A stretch of DNA of 64,000 nucleotides, from assembly GCA_035551615.1 (NCBI GenBank), contig DASZNC010000059.1, forward strand, positions 13,099 through 77,098. The letters run 5' to 3'. The notes below the pieces were generated by a model that was given only the letters and a program-made list of their open reading frames with translations, made no database searches and was not told where the DNA came from. The position numbers were made by a program, and so were the translations under genes. Positions 19,118-27,609 of this stretch are shown here, in pieces (positions within the stretch are counted from its first letter, which is position 1; each line of letters starts with the position of its first letter). The stretch comes from Acidimicrobiales bacterium (lineage in GTDB: Bacteria > Actinomycetota > Acidimicrobiia > Acidimicrobiales > Palsa-688).

Positions 19118-19135
19118 GTGATGCGACCCTCTACA

Positions 19136-19636
19136 ATGGCGGCCATGCAGCGGAGCACCTTCGCGGACATGGCCTGTTCCGTGGCCCAGTGCCTGGAGAT
19201 CGTCGGCGAGTGGTGGACGCTGCTGATCGTCCGTGACGCGTTCATGGGTGTCCGCCGCTTCGATGACTTCCAAACCCGCCTCGGCGTCTCCCGCAACGTG
19301 CTCAACCAGCGACTGGTGCGACTGGTCGAACAGGGCGTATTCGAGAAGGTGCCGTACTCCGACCACCCTCCCCGATTCGAATACCGGCTGACCGACAAGG
19401 GCAAGGACCTGTGGGGCGTCATCACCACCATGCGCCAGTGGGGTGACCGGTGGGCCGCACCCGCCGGCCCCCCGATCGAACTCGTCCACAAGGATTGCGG
19501 ACGGGCCGGCGGCATCGATCTGACCTGTTCGGAATGCGGCGAAACCGTCGGCTACCGCGACATGAGGGCGACACCGGGCCCTGGCTACCGGGACGGACTG
19601 ATCCCCGAGCGGCGGGCCGCGGACCAGCGGGCCTGA
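19136..19636 (+). CDS. HxlR-family (MarR-like winged helix) transcriptional regulator with C-terminal Cys-rich extension
   Basis: CSVAQCLEIVGEWWTLLIVRDAF ... FDDFQTRLGVSRNVLNQRLVRLVEQGV HxlR signature. The tail carries C-x9-C-x2-C. Alternative starts at 19118 or 19121. Confidence 0.8.
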   Translation: MAAMQRSTFADMACSVAQCLEIVGEWWTLLIVRDAFMGVRRFDDFQTRLGVSRNVLNQRLVRLVEQGVFEKVPYSDHPPRFEYRLTDKGKDLWGVITTMRQWGDRWAAPAGPPIELVHKDCGRAGGIDLTCSECGETVGYRDMRATPGPGYRDGLIPERRAADQRA

Positions 19637-19864
19637 CCAGCCCTCCGCGAGGCGGCCGGCCCCGGTTGTCGTCGACGCAGCGCCGCGCCCGGCCTGCGGT
19701 TCGCGTCCTGGCCGATGCGGTCAAAGGAGTGGGCCTGCCCGCCCTCGCCCGGACGCCACTTGCGAGCCTCCGACCAGCTCGGCGGCCGACCTTGCCGAAC
19801 TCTCTGACCTGAGCCAGAAGTCAGCCTGAAAACTATCGAAACAACTTCATTATTATCCAAGTGT

Positions 19865-19897
19865 ATGCAAAGTTGCTGATATAGTCCGCAACTTTGC
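19865..19897. promoter_or_regulatory. perfect 11-bp inverted repeat TGCAAAGTTGC-N11-GCAACTTTGCA inside a ~40% GC island (19790-19905)
   Basis: Read directly in the sequence. The region is far more AT-rich than the flanks and lies about 250 nt upstream of the secreted repeat-protein gene. Confidence 0.4.
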
Positions 19898-20145
19898 ACA
19901 CATCCGCATGGAATCCCCTCCCGGGAGGGCCAGACCAGCCGGCCCCACCTGGGCCGAGATGCCAGCCCCGCCGGGCCGAGCCGGGCCGGGAGCCGTCGGG
20001 TGGGCATCCATCTGCTTCTTGATCCGGGCACCCTGGCCGATCGACGAAGGGCGCGGGCCGTGCGCTCAAGTCGCCACGATCCGGACGCCGATCCTTTCTG
20101 TAGCGGAGGCCGGCGGAGATCTCCGGCCTACGGAAAGTTCGACTG

Positions 20146-21528
20146 ATGACCCTACGACCCCGCACCCCCACCGCCGCCGCCGCCGCCGTCGCCGTACTGG
20201 CCGCCGCCGGTGCCGCCGGCCTGGGCACCCACCCGGCCGTCGCCCAGGAGGTCCACAGCACGACCACCCCGGCGCACGTGGCGGCCAGCACCTCGCAGGC
20301 CTACAGCCTGCTCACGCGCGACGGCCGCCTGGTGGGCTTCGGTGGCGCCTTCTCCGGGACGGTAGCTGCGCCCAGTTCCCCGGTGGTGGGCGTGGCGTCC
20401 ACCCCCGATGGCCACGGCGCTTACGCAGCCGAGGCCGACGGGGCGGTGATCGCCCTGGGCGACGCCGTCTACCGCGGCTCCATGGCCGGCACCCGCCTGG
20501 CCCAACCGATCGTCGGCATCGCCATCGACCCGGCCACGGGTGGGTACTGGCTGGTGGCGTCCGACGGCGGCATCTTCTCCTTCGGCGACGCCCCCTTCTA
20601 CGGCTCCACCGGCGGCATCCACCTGTCCGAACCGGTGGTCGGCATCTCGGCCATGCCCGACGGGGGCGGCTACCGCATGGTCGCCACCGACGGCGGCGTC
20701 TTCTCCTTCGGCGACGCCCGCTTCTACGGTTCGACCGGGGGCGTGCACCTCAGCCAGCCGGTGGTCGGCATGGCCACCACGTCGTCCGGCAACGGCTACT
20801 GGCTGGTCGCATCCGATGGTGGCCTGTTCAACTACGGCGACGCCCATTTCTACGGTTCCACCGGCAACGTCCACCTGGTGAAGCCGGTCATCGCCATCAG
20901 CCCGACGACCAACGGGCACGGTTACTGGATGGTTGCGTCCGACGGTGGCATCTTCACCTTCGGCAACGCCGCCTACTACGGCTCCGGTTCCGGCCTCGGC
21001 ACGGAGGTGGTCGGGATGGCGACCGGCGCCACCGGCAACTACGACGATCCCCTCCGGGCCGTCGCCGGCCTCACGCCGGAGCGGGTCGACGAGGGCGTGG
21101 ACTATGCCGGCTCCGGGCCCATATATGCGCTGGGCGACGGGGTGGTCACGTCGACGGCCGGCTCGTGGCCGGACGGCAACTACATCTCCTACCGGCTGAC
21201 CGACGGCCCGGCCGCCGGGAAGATGGTCTACGTCGCCGAGAATGTCACCCCGACGGTCACCGTCGGCCAGGTGGTCAACGTCAACACGGTGGTCGGGATC
21301 CTCCATGACTCGTACCCGGACATGGAGATCGGTTGGTCCGCCGACTCCTACGGCGACACCATGGCGGCTGTCTCCGGCCAGTGGACGTCGGCCAACGACA
21401 GCGATTCCGACCCGACGGCCTACGGTGCCAACTTCGATCAGCTGTTGATGTCGCTCGGCGCGCCGTCGGGGATCATGGAGCACCCGACGCCGCACGGCAC
21501 GCTGGCCGCCGGCTGGCCCACCTGGTAG
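20146..21528 (+). CDS. secreted protein: signal peptide + ~6 tandem 38-40-aa propeller-like repeats + unknown ~170-aa C-terminal domain
   Basis: MTLRPRTPTAAAAAVAVLAAAGAAGLGTHPAVAQE signal peptide. Repeats GYWLVASDGGIFSFGDAPFYGSTGGIHLSEPVVGIS x6. RBS-like GGAAAG before the ATG. Confidence 0.8.
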   Translation: MTLRPRTPTAAAAAVAVLAAAGAAGLGTHPAVAQEVHSTTTPAHVAASTSQAYSLLTRDGRLVGFGGAFSGTVAAPSSPVVGVASTPDGHGAYAAEADGAVIALGDAVYRGSMAGTRLAQPIVGIAIDPATGGYWLVASDGGIFSFGDAPFYGSTGGIHLSEPVVGISAMPDGGGYRMVATDGGVFSFGDARFYGSTGGVHLSQPVVGMATTSSGNGYWLVASDGGLFNYGDAHFYGSTGNVHLVKPVIAISPTTNGHGYWMVASDGGIFTFGNAAYYGSGSGLGTEVVGMATGATGNYDDPLRAVAGLTPERVDEGVDYAGSGPIYALGDGVVTSTAGSWPDGNYISYRLTDGPAAGKMVYVAENVTPTVTVGQVVNVNTVVGILHDSYPDMEIGWSADSYGDTMAAVSGQWTSANDSDSDPTAYGANFDQLLMSLGAPSGIMEHPTPHGTLAAGWPTW

Positions 21529-21532
21529 CCGG

Positions 21533-22183
21533 TCACCCCCAGGGGGCGAGCGACCAGTGCGCCGGTCGTTCCCCCCGCCCGGCGAGCCAGGCCAGAACCG
21601 CGGCCTGTTCGGCCGCGCCGGTTCGGGCCGCAGCCGTGGCCAGGAGGAGGGGCAGGTCCCGCGCCACGTAGGCGGCCGGCCAATCCGACGGCTCATAGCC
21701 CAGACCCATGTCGACGTGGTGCATCTCGACCTCCCGCAGCCGCCGCCACGGGCTCTCGGTGATGGTCCAGTGGTCGTTACCGAGGAGCTCACGATGGGGC
21801 CAGCCGGCGTCCTGATGGCGCCGCCAGACGTCTTCCAACCGCTGCTGGGCCGTCGTCAGATCGGCGGCCATCTCGGCCGCCGGCCGCCCGGCGCCCGACT
21901 CGATGTCGCGGTTGCGTTCCTCGTCGCCGCCGGGATAGCGGGCCAGATCCCGGCCCTCGAGCGCCCCCTCCAGCCGGCGGACGTGGCCGTCGGCGTTGCG
22001 GGCCAGGTGGGTGACGACGTGGCCGACCGTCCACCCGGGCAACCGGCTCGGCCGGCGGGCAGTGGCATCGTCGATCCGGTCGACGGCGCCCGCCAGCCGG
22101 GCGTGGGCGGCGACGGCCAGTTCGACGCCGGCGCCCGCACCATCCTGTTCGTCGGTCATCTGCGGCAACGGCTCGGTCGTCAC
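21533..22183 (-). CDS. mycothiol-dependent maleylpyruvate isomerase (MDMPI/DinB_2) family protein
   Basis: GWTVGHVVTHLARNADGHVRRLEG N-terminal metal-binding signature of TIGR03083-type proteins. Confidence 0.75.
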   Translation of the reverse strand: MTTEPLPQMTDEQDGAGAGVELAVAAHARLAGAVDRIDDATARRPSRLPGWTVGHVVTHLARNADGHVRRLEGALEGRDLARYPGGDEERNRDIESGAGRPAAEMAADLTTAQQRLEDVWRRHQDAGWPHRELLGNDHWTITESPWRRLREVEMHHVDMGLGYEPSDWPAAYVARDLPLLLATAAARTGAAEQAAVLAWLAGRGERPAHWSLAPWG

Positions 22184-22277
22184 GTCACCCTCCTCGAGTG
22201 CGGCCGGAGCTTACCCGTGACCGTAGGCCGCGGCGATGGTACGGTTCGACCGGAATGATCCGTTTTGGGGCGGGTTC

Positions 22278-22463
22278 ATGAAGCGTCGGGTGCTGTTCGG
22301 AATAGTTGCGGTGACAGGAGCACTGTCGGCTCTCGCGCTGGCCCCGGCGGCCCACGCCACGTCGGTCCCGCCCGCCTGCGTGGTCGTCCACGGGCCGAAC
22401 GGGTTGTCGCTGCAGGTCGGCTACTCCCCTACCGGGCCGTCCGGTTGTGGTCAGGTCCCCTGA
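22278..22463 (+). CDS. small secreted peptide (signal peptide + ~35-aa mature part with 2 Cys)
   Basis: MKRRVLFGIVAVTGALSALALAPAAHA-TSVPPACVVVHGPNGLSLQVGYSPTGPSGCGQVP. Low confidence because it is so short. Confidence 0.35.
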   Translation: MKRRVLFGIVAVTGALSALALAPAAHATSVPPACVVVHGPNGLSLQVGYSPTGPSGCGQVP

Positions 22464-22507
22464 CCTTTCTCGAACATACGTTCGCTCACCCGCGGTAGTC
22501 TGGCGGT

Positions 22508-23713
22508 GTGAGGGCCACGATCCTGCACGCCGATCTGGATGCGTTCTACGCGTCGGTCGAGCAGATGCTGGACCCGGCCCTGCGGGACCGGCCGATCGCC
22601 GTCGGCGGTGGTGTCGTCCTGGCCGCGTCGTACGAGGCCCGGCAGTTCGGTGTGCAGGCCGGGATGCCTGCCTGGCGGGCCCGGAGCCTGTGCCCGGACA
22701 TCCGGTTCGTGGGGGGCCACTACCGCCAGTACCAGCGGCTGGGCGACCAGGTGGTCGACGTCTTCTTCGACTTCACCCCGACCGTGGAGCGGATCTCGAT
22801 CGATGAGGCCTTTCTCGATGTCTCCGGGGCGGCCCGGTTGTTCGGAACGCCGACCGAGATAGCCACCGCCGTCCGGCAGCGGGTACTGGCCGAGATCGGC
22901 CTGCCCCTGTCGGTCGGGGTGGCCCGCACCAAGCACCTGGCCAAAGTGGCCTCGCAGGTGGCCAAACCGAATGGTCTGGTGGTGGTCGAGCCGGAACGGG
23001 AACGGGAGTTCCTCGACCCGCTGCCGGTCGGGCTGATCTGGGGGGTGGGCCCGGCCACCGAGGCCCGATTGCACCAATCCGGGATCCGCACCATCGGCCA
23101 GCTGGCCGCCACCGACAGCCCGATGCTGACCCACCTGCTGGGCTCGGTCAACGGGGCCAAGCTGGCCGCGCTGTCGGCCAACGTCGATCCGCGACCGGTC
23201 GAGGCCCCTCGGCGGGCCAGGTCGATGGGCGCCCAGGCCGCCCTCGGCCGGGAACGGGTGACCCGTCCGCTGATCCGCCGGACCCTCGGCTACCTGGCCG
23301 ACCGGGTCGCCGGCCGGCTGCGCCACGCCGGAGTGGCCGGCCGGACCGTCACGGTCCGGGTCCGCTTCCTACGCCTCCGGTCGGTCACCAGGTCGGTCAC
23401 GCTCGAGGTCCCGTTGTCGGCCACCCTGACCCTGACCGAGATCGCCGTGGAGCTGGCCGAGCAGGCCTGCGCCGACCATCCGGCGGAGCAGGAGATCACG
23501 CTTCTGGCCGTGAGTGTGTCGAACCTGCGGGCGCAGCACTCGGTGCAACTGTCGCTCGCCGGCCGCGACCTGCACGCGTCGAGGTGGGGGGTGGACCGGT
23601 CGGTGGACGCCGTCCGGGACAAGTTCGGGCGGACCGCGGTGGGCTACGCCGGAGTGGTGCTGTCCGGCGCCGACCGGGTCCCCGAGGAGTTCCGCGAGCT
23701 GGCCGAGCACTGA
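22508..23713 (+). CDS. dinB: DNA polymerase IV (Y-family translesion polymerase)
   Basis: ILHADLDAFYASVEQ catalytic motif, SIDEAFLD, and thumb/little-finger regions. 401 aa. Confidence 0.9.
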   Translation: MRATILHADLDAFYASVEQMLDPALRDRPIAVGGGVVLAASYEARQFGVQAGMPAWRARSLCPDIRFVGGHYRQYQRLGDQVVDVFFDFTPTVERISIDEAFLDVSGAARLFGTPTEIATAVRQRVLAEIGLPLSVGVARTKHLAKVASQVAKPNGLVVVEPEREREFLDPLPVGLIWGVGPATEARLHQSGIRTIGQLAATDSPMLTHLLGSVNGAKLAALSANVDPRPVEAPRRARSMGAQAALGRERVTRPLIRRTLGYLADRVAGRLRHAGVAGRTVTVRVRFLRLRSVTRSVTLEVPLSATLTLTEIAVELAEQACADHPAEQEITLLAVSVSNLRAQHSVQLSLAGRDLHASRWGVDRSVDAVRDKFGRTAVGYAGVVLSGADRVPEEFRELAEH

Positions 23714-24179
23714 CCAGACTCCACCCGGCGGTACCGGGTGGCGATTCGCATCCTGCTCGGAGGACGTGGTCAAAGGACCACGCTCTCGCTCGCCGCCCGC
23801 CACGCGGACGCCTGCAACCTGTTCGGCGATGCTGTGACCATCCGGACGAAGGTGGCGGCGCTGCCCTCACACTGCGAGCGGCACGGTCGTGAACCGGCCG
23901 CCGTCGAGGTGACCCATCTGTCCACGGCCGTCGCCGCCGCCACCCGGCGGGAACCGGCCGCCGACGTGGCCCGGTTGTCGGGCGATCCGGTTGTCGGGCG
24001 GGCCGGTGCCGCCTGAGCAGGCGGCCGAACGACTCAGCGCCGGAACCGTGGACGATCACATCGGCCGGTATCTGGCGCTGGCCGACGCCGGAGTGGAGAC
24101 GGCCATCGTGGCCCTGCCGGATGGCTGGACGCCGGGCGCTCTCGAGACCTTCGCCCGGGTGATCGCCGCCTTCGACTGA
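23714..24179 (+). pseudogene. remnant of an LLM-class F420-dependent oxidoreductase (N-terminal two-thirds missing, internal frameshift)
   Basis: In-frame LLM middle/C-terminal motifs (ILLGGRGQRTLSLAARHADACNLFGD) begin immediately after the dinB stop with no start codon. The LLM C-terminus (GRYLALADAGVETAIVALPDG) continues in another frame at 23991..24179. Confidence 0.5.
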
Positions 24180-24189
24180 CGCCACGGCG

Positions 24190-27100
24190 TCAGAACCGCT
24201 GGAGCTCGGCCGCTCTCCGGGCGACGGCCGCATATCCGCATTCCTCGCTGATGCTGAGCGCCCGGGCCAGGTGCTTCTCGGCCAGCACCATGTCGTCGGG
24301 CCCACCGCGCTTCAGGAGCATGGCCGACCATTCCACCAGCGTGCGGGCTTCGAAGAACCGGGCTCCGATGCGCTGGCACTGTTCCTCCGATTCGGCGAAG
24401 CGCCGGTCGGACTCGGCGACGTCGCCGAGCAGCGCCCCGAGAGACGCGATGTAGTGCAGCAGCGGCCCGGTGCAGGTGTTGCCGTCGAGGCCGATCTGCC
24501 CGGCCCACGGCCGCACCATGTCGTACAGCGGTTCGGCCGCCCGGCGATCGCCCAGCCGGATGGCCGTCTCGGCGAAGCACAGGACCCCGGTGAGGAATCC
24601 GGGGTCGGGTTTCAACAGGGTGAAGCGGGTGGCCGTCCCCTCGTCGAGGTAGCGGGCGGCCCGGTCGACGTCACCGGAGTCCGAGGCCAGCATGGCCACC
24701 CCGCCCTTGAGGGCGGGCACGCCGGGCAGTCCGTCGGCCATGGCCTCGGCCAGAGCCAGATCGAACTGGCGGCCCGACTGCCAGAACACGTTCATCATGC
24801 TCAGTTGGAAGAAGTTGAGCGCTTCCGGCTGCGAGCTCTCCTCACCGAACTTGAACGCCTCGACCGATATGGCCTCGGCCTCCATGTAGTTGCCGGCGAG
24901 GAAATGGCGGGTGGCGTTCGAGAAACCGGCGACCCACCGGTGCAACGGCTGCGCCAGGCGCTCGGCCAGCTCCAACTCGTTGTGCAGGCACCGGTCGGCG
25001 TCGTCGATCAGGCCGGCCTGGAGGAGGTTGATGTGGTGGCGGTGCTCGGCCCAGAACCGGGTACCGAGGTCCCCCACCTGCTGGGCCAGCTCTATGGACT
25101 CGGCCGACATGGCCAGGCGCTCGTGCAGGGTGTCGGGGTTCCAGAGGGCGTGGAAGACCAGGTTGTGCACCCGGTAGAGCAGTGCCGGATCACCGACAGC
25201 CCGGGCCAGCGACAGCGATTCGTCGACCATGGCCCGACGCCGCGGGTAGTCGCCGTCGTAAGCCAGCTCGTTGGCCAGCACGGCCAGGAGCTCGCTGCGG
25301 GTGCGCCGGTCGGCCGGATCCACCAGCCGGAGGGCGCCCTCGAGCAACTCCACCTTCTCGTCGTCGACCAGGCCGAAGGCGGTGAACATGCCCCGGTTGC
25401 TGGCCATCACCGCCTGCGCCGAACCGACCGCATCGCCGACCTGGCGGGCCAGGCGGGCGGCCTGGAGCAGCGTCTCCCGGTACTGGCTGGATCCGGCCTG
25501 GGCCTGGGCCACCCCCAGCTTGGTCAGGAGGGTCACACGGGTCGAGGAGTCGTCGCCGGCGATGATGCCGTGCAGCTCGAGCGCCTTCTCGTACCAGCGG
25601 GCCGCCTCGTCAGGCGCCAGCGCCTGGGCCGCTTTGGCCGCCGCCCGCTCGGCGTAGTCCCGGGCCCGCCCGGCATTCACCGTGTACACCGCCCGGCTCC
25701 AGTGGTGGGCCAGCTCGGCCTGGCGCGAGCCCGCGTCCGGTGCCTGCTCCAGAGCCATGGCGACCTGCTGGTGCAACCGGGCCCGCCGGGTGGCGCCCGC
25801 ACCCTGCAGCAGCGTGTGGGCGACCAGGGCGTGGGAGAAGGCGTAGGTCCCCAGGCGATCGGGTACCTCGCGCAGCAACGAGGCGGCCCGCGCCCGTTCC
25901 AGCACCTGCAGCACCTCGTTCGGGGCCTGGCGCGACGCCGACTCGAGCGTCTCCAGCTCGAACTGGTTGCCGATCACAGCGGCGACGGTCAGCACATCGG
26001 AGGCGCCCGGCCCCAGGCGGTTGATGCGGGCGCCGATCACCTCGCGGATGCTTTCGGGCAGCTCCAATGAGCCGTCCGCGGCCGACAGGCTGGGCGCCGG
26101 GCCCACCAACGGGACCAGGCGGCCGGTCTCGGCCAGATGGTCGAGGAGCTCGCACAGGTAGAACGGGTTGCCGGCGGTCTCGTCGGCCAGCTGGCGGGCG
26201 ACGGCGTCGCTCTGGACTCCGTCCAGGTTGCCCCCGGCCCGTTCCGACACCAGCTCCCGCACGTCTCCGGTGGCCAGACCGGTGAGCGGTAGTCGGGTGA
26301 CGCCCTCCAGCCGGCGCAGAGCGGCCAGTGTCTCGTGGAGCGGGTGGCCGGGCGAGACCTCCGAGTCGCGGAACGTGACCAGCACCACCATACGGGCGCC
26401 GACGGCATTGGCCGCCAGGTGGCGCAGGAAGGTCAACGTGCCGGCGTCAGCCCAGTGCAGATCCTCGAGCAGCAGCACGACCGGGCTGTCCTCACCGAGG
26501 CTGGCCAGTAGGTCGGCGGCGGCGGCGAAACCCAGGTACCTCTCGGTCTCCGGCTCGGCGCCGTGGGCCGGACCGGGCACGTCGACCCGCCCGGTCAGGG
26601 CCGGCACCAGATGGGCGGCGGCGGCGCCGTGGCGGGCCACGTGGGCGGCCAGGACGTGAGCCGGGGCATGACGGACCAGATGGTCGAGCGCCCCCGACAC
26701 CGGTGCGTACGGCATCGTCAGTTCCTCGTCGCAGTAACCGACCCCGACGCTCGCCCCCCCGGCGTGCCAGTTGCGGACGGCCTGCACCGAGATCGAGGTC
26801 TTGCCCATGCCCGGCTCGGCGTGGATCAGCACCACCCGGCGACCGCCACCGTTGGCCACCTCCCGGTAGACACCGTCGAGGAGCGACAGTTCCTCCTGGC
26901 GGCCGACAAAAATGCGCGACGACGCCAGGCGCGGGGGCAGGGGCGTCCGCGACTCGTCGGGCGGCTCCCAGGCGACCTCGACCACCTCGACCGGGTCGGG
27001 CATCCCCTTCAGGGTGATGTCACCGGCCGTCCGGAAGGGCCGACCGGCCAGCCCGCGCGACGTGACCCGGACGATGTCGGCGGCCAGGGTCTGGCCGCCG

Positions 27101-27483
27101 GAGGCAGCCGCACACAGCCGGGACGCCTCCGCCACCGGGGCGCCGAAGCAATCGCCGTCCTCGAAGCTCACATCCCCGCCCGAGATACCGACCCGGACCG
27201 ACAGGGGACCCATGGCCAGTCGCTGGTTCTGGCGGTGCACCGCCTGCTGGATGGCGATGGACGCGGTCACCGCGTCCGAGGCCGAGTCGAACGTGGCCAT
27301 GAAGCCGTCACCCAGTCGCTTGACGACGGTGCCCCGGTGGACGCCGATGACGTCGCTCAAGAGGCTGTCGTGCTGCTTACGGAGCACCTCGGCTTCGGCC
27401 GGGCCCAGTCGCGCGGCCGTCTCTACCGATCCCACCAGATCGGTGAAGAGCACCGTCGCTGTTCTGGTCGGCAATCCCCGCAC
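24190..27483 (-). CDS. multidomain signalling protein: class III adenylate/guanylate cyclase + STAND-type AAA ATPase + TPR-like repeats (no C-terminal LuxR HTH)
   Basis: ATVLFTDLVGS...RLGDGFMATF cyclase motifs, Walker A EPGMGKTS, Walker B VVLLLEDLHWAD and a long helical-repeat C-terminus. 1097 aa. Confidence 0.85.
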   Translation of the reverse strand: MRGLPTRTATVLFTDLVGSVETAARLGPAEAEVLRKQHDSLLSDVIGVHRGTVVKRLGDGFMATFDSASDAVTASIAIQQAVHRQNQRLAMGPLSVRVGISGGDVSFEDGDCFGAPVAEASRLCAAASGGQTLAADIVRVTSRGLAGRPFRTAGDITLKGMPDPVEVVEVAWEPPDESRTPLPPRLASSRIFVGRQEELSLLDGVYREVANGGGRRVVLIHAEPGMGKTSISVQAVRNWHAGGASVGVGYCDEELTMPYAPVSGALDHLVRHAPAHVLAAHVARHGAAAAHLVPALTGRVDVPGPAHGAEPETERYLGFAAAADLLASLGEDSPVVLLLEDLHWADAGTLTFLRHLAANAVGARMVVLVTFRDSEVSPGHPLHETLAALRRLEGVTRLPLTGLATGDVRELVSERAGGNLDGVQSDAVARQLADETAGNPFYLCELLDHLAETGRLVPLVGPAPSLSAADGSLELPESIREVIGARINRLGPGASDVLTVAAVIGNQFELETLESASRQAPNEVLQVLERARAASLLREVPDRLGTYAFSHALVAHTLLQGAGATRRARLHQQVAMALEQAPDAGSRQAELAHHWSRAVYTVNAGRARDYAERAAAKAAQALAPDEAARWYEKALELHGIIAGDDSSTRVTLLTKLGVAQAQAGSSQYRETLLQAARLARQVGDAVGSAQAVMASNRGMFTAFGLVDDEKVELLEGALRLVDPADRRTRSELLAVLANELAYDGDYPRRRAMVDESLSLARAVGDPALLYRVHNLVFHALWNPDTLHERLAMSAESIELAQQVGDLGTRFWAEHRHHINLLQAGLIDDADRCLHNELELAERLAQPLHRWVAGFSNATRHFLAGNYMEAEAISVEAFKFGEESSQPEALNFFQLSMMNVFWQSGRQFDLALAEAMADGLPGVPALKGGVAMLASDSGDVDRAARYLDEGTATRFTLLKPDPGFLTGVLCFAETAIRLGDRRAAEPLYDMVRPWAGQIGLDGNTCTGPLLHYIASLGALLGDVAESDRRFAESEEQCQRIGARFFEARTLVEWSAMLLKRGGPDDMVLAEKHLARALSISEECGYAAVARRAAELQRF

Positions 27484-27609
27484 TCGTCCTTCCGGCTATT
27501 TCGTCCAGTTTCTCACAATGGTTTTGGGCGGGCGACGTTCGCTGGCAGTCTAAGTGCCTGCACGGGCGGCGGTAACCGGCAGGCGACCGGGACCGACGTA
27601 GGTTGATGC

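Noticed and set aside
19908-21308. 466-aa plus-strand ORF starting in the AT-rich island
   Set aside because: It overlaps, in a different frame, the real secreted repeat protein (signal peptide plus periodic repeats) and has an Arg-run low-complexity product.
24271-26070. 599-aa plus-strand ORF
   Set aside because: It is antisense to the cyclase-STAND gene, which has clear Walker and cyclase motifs.
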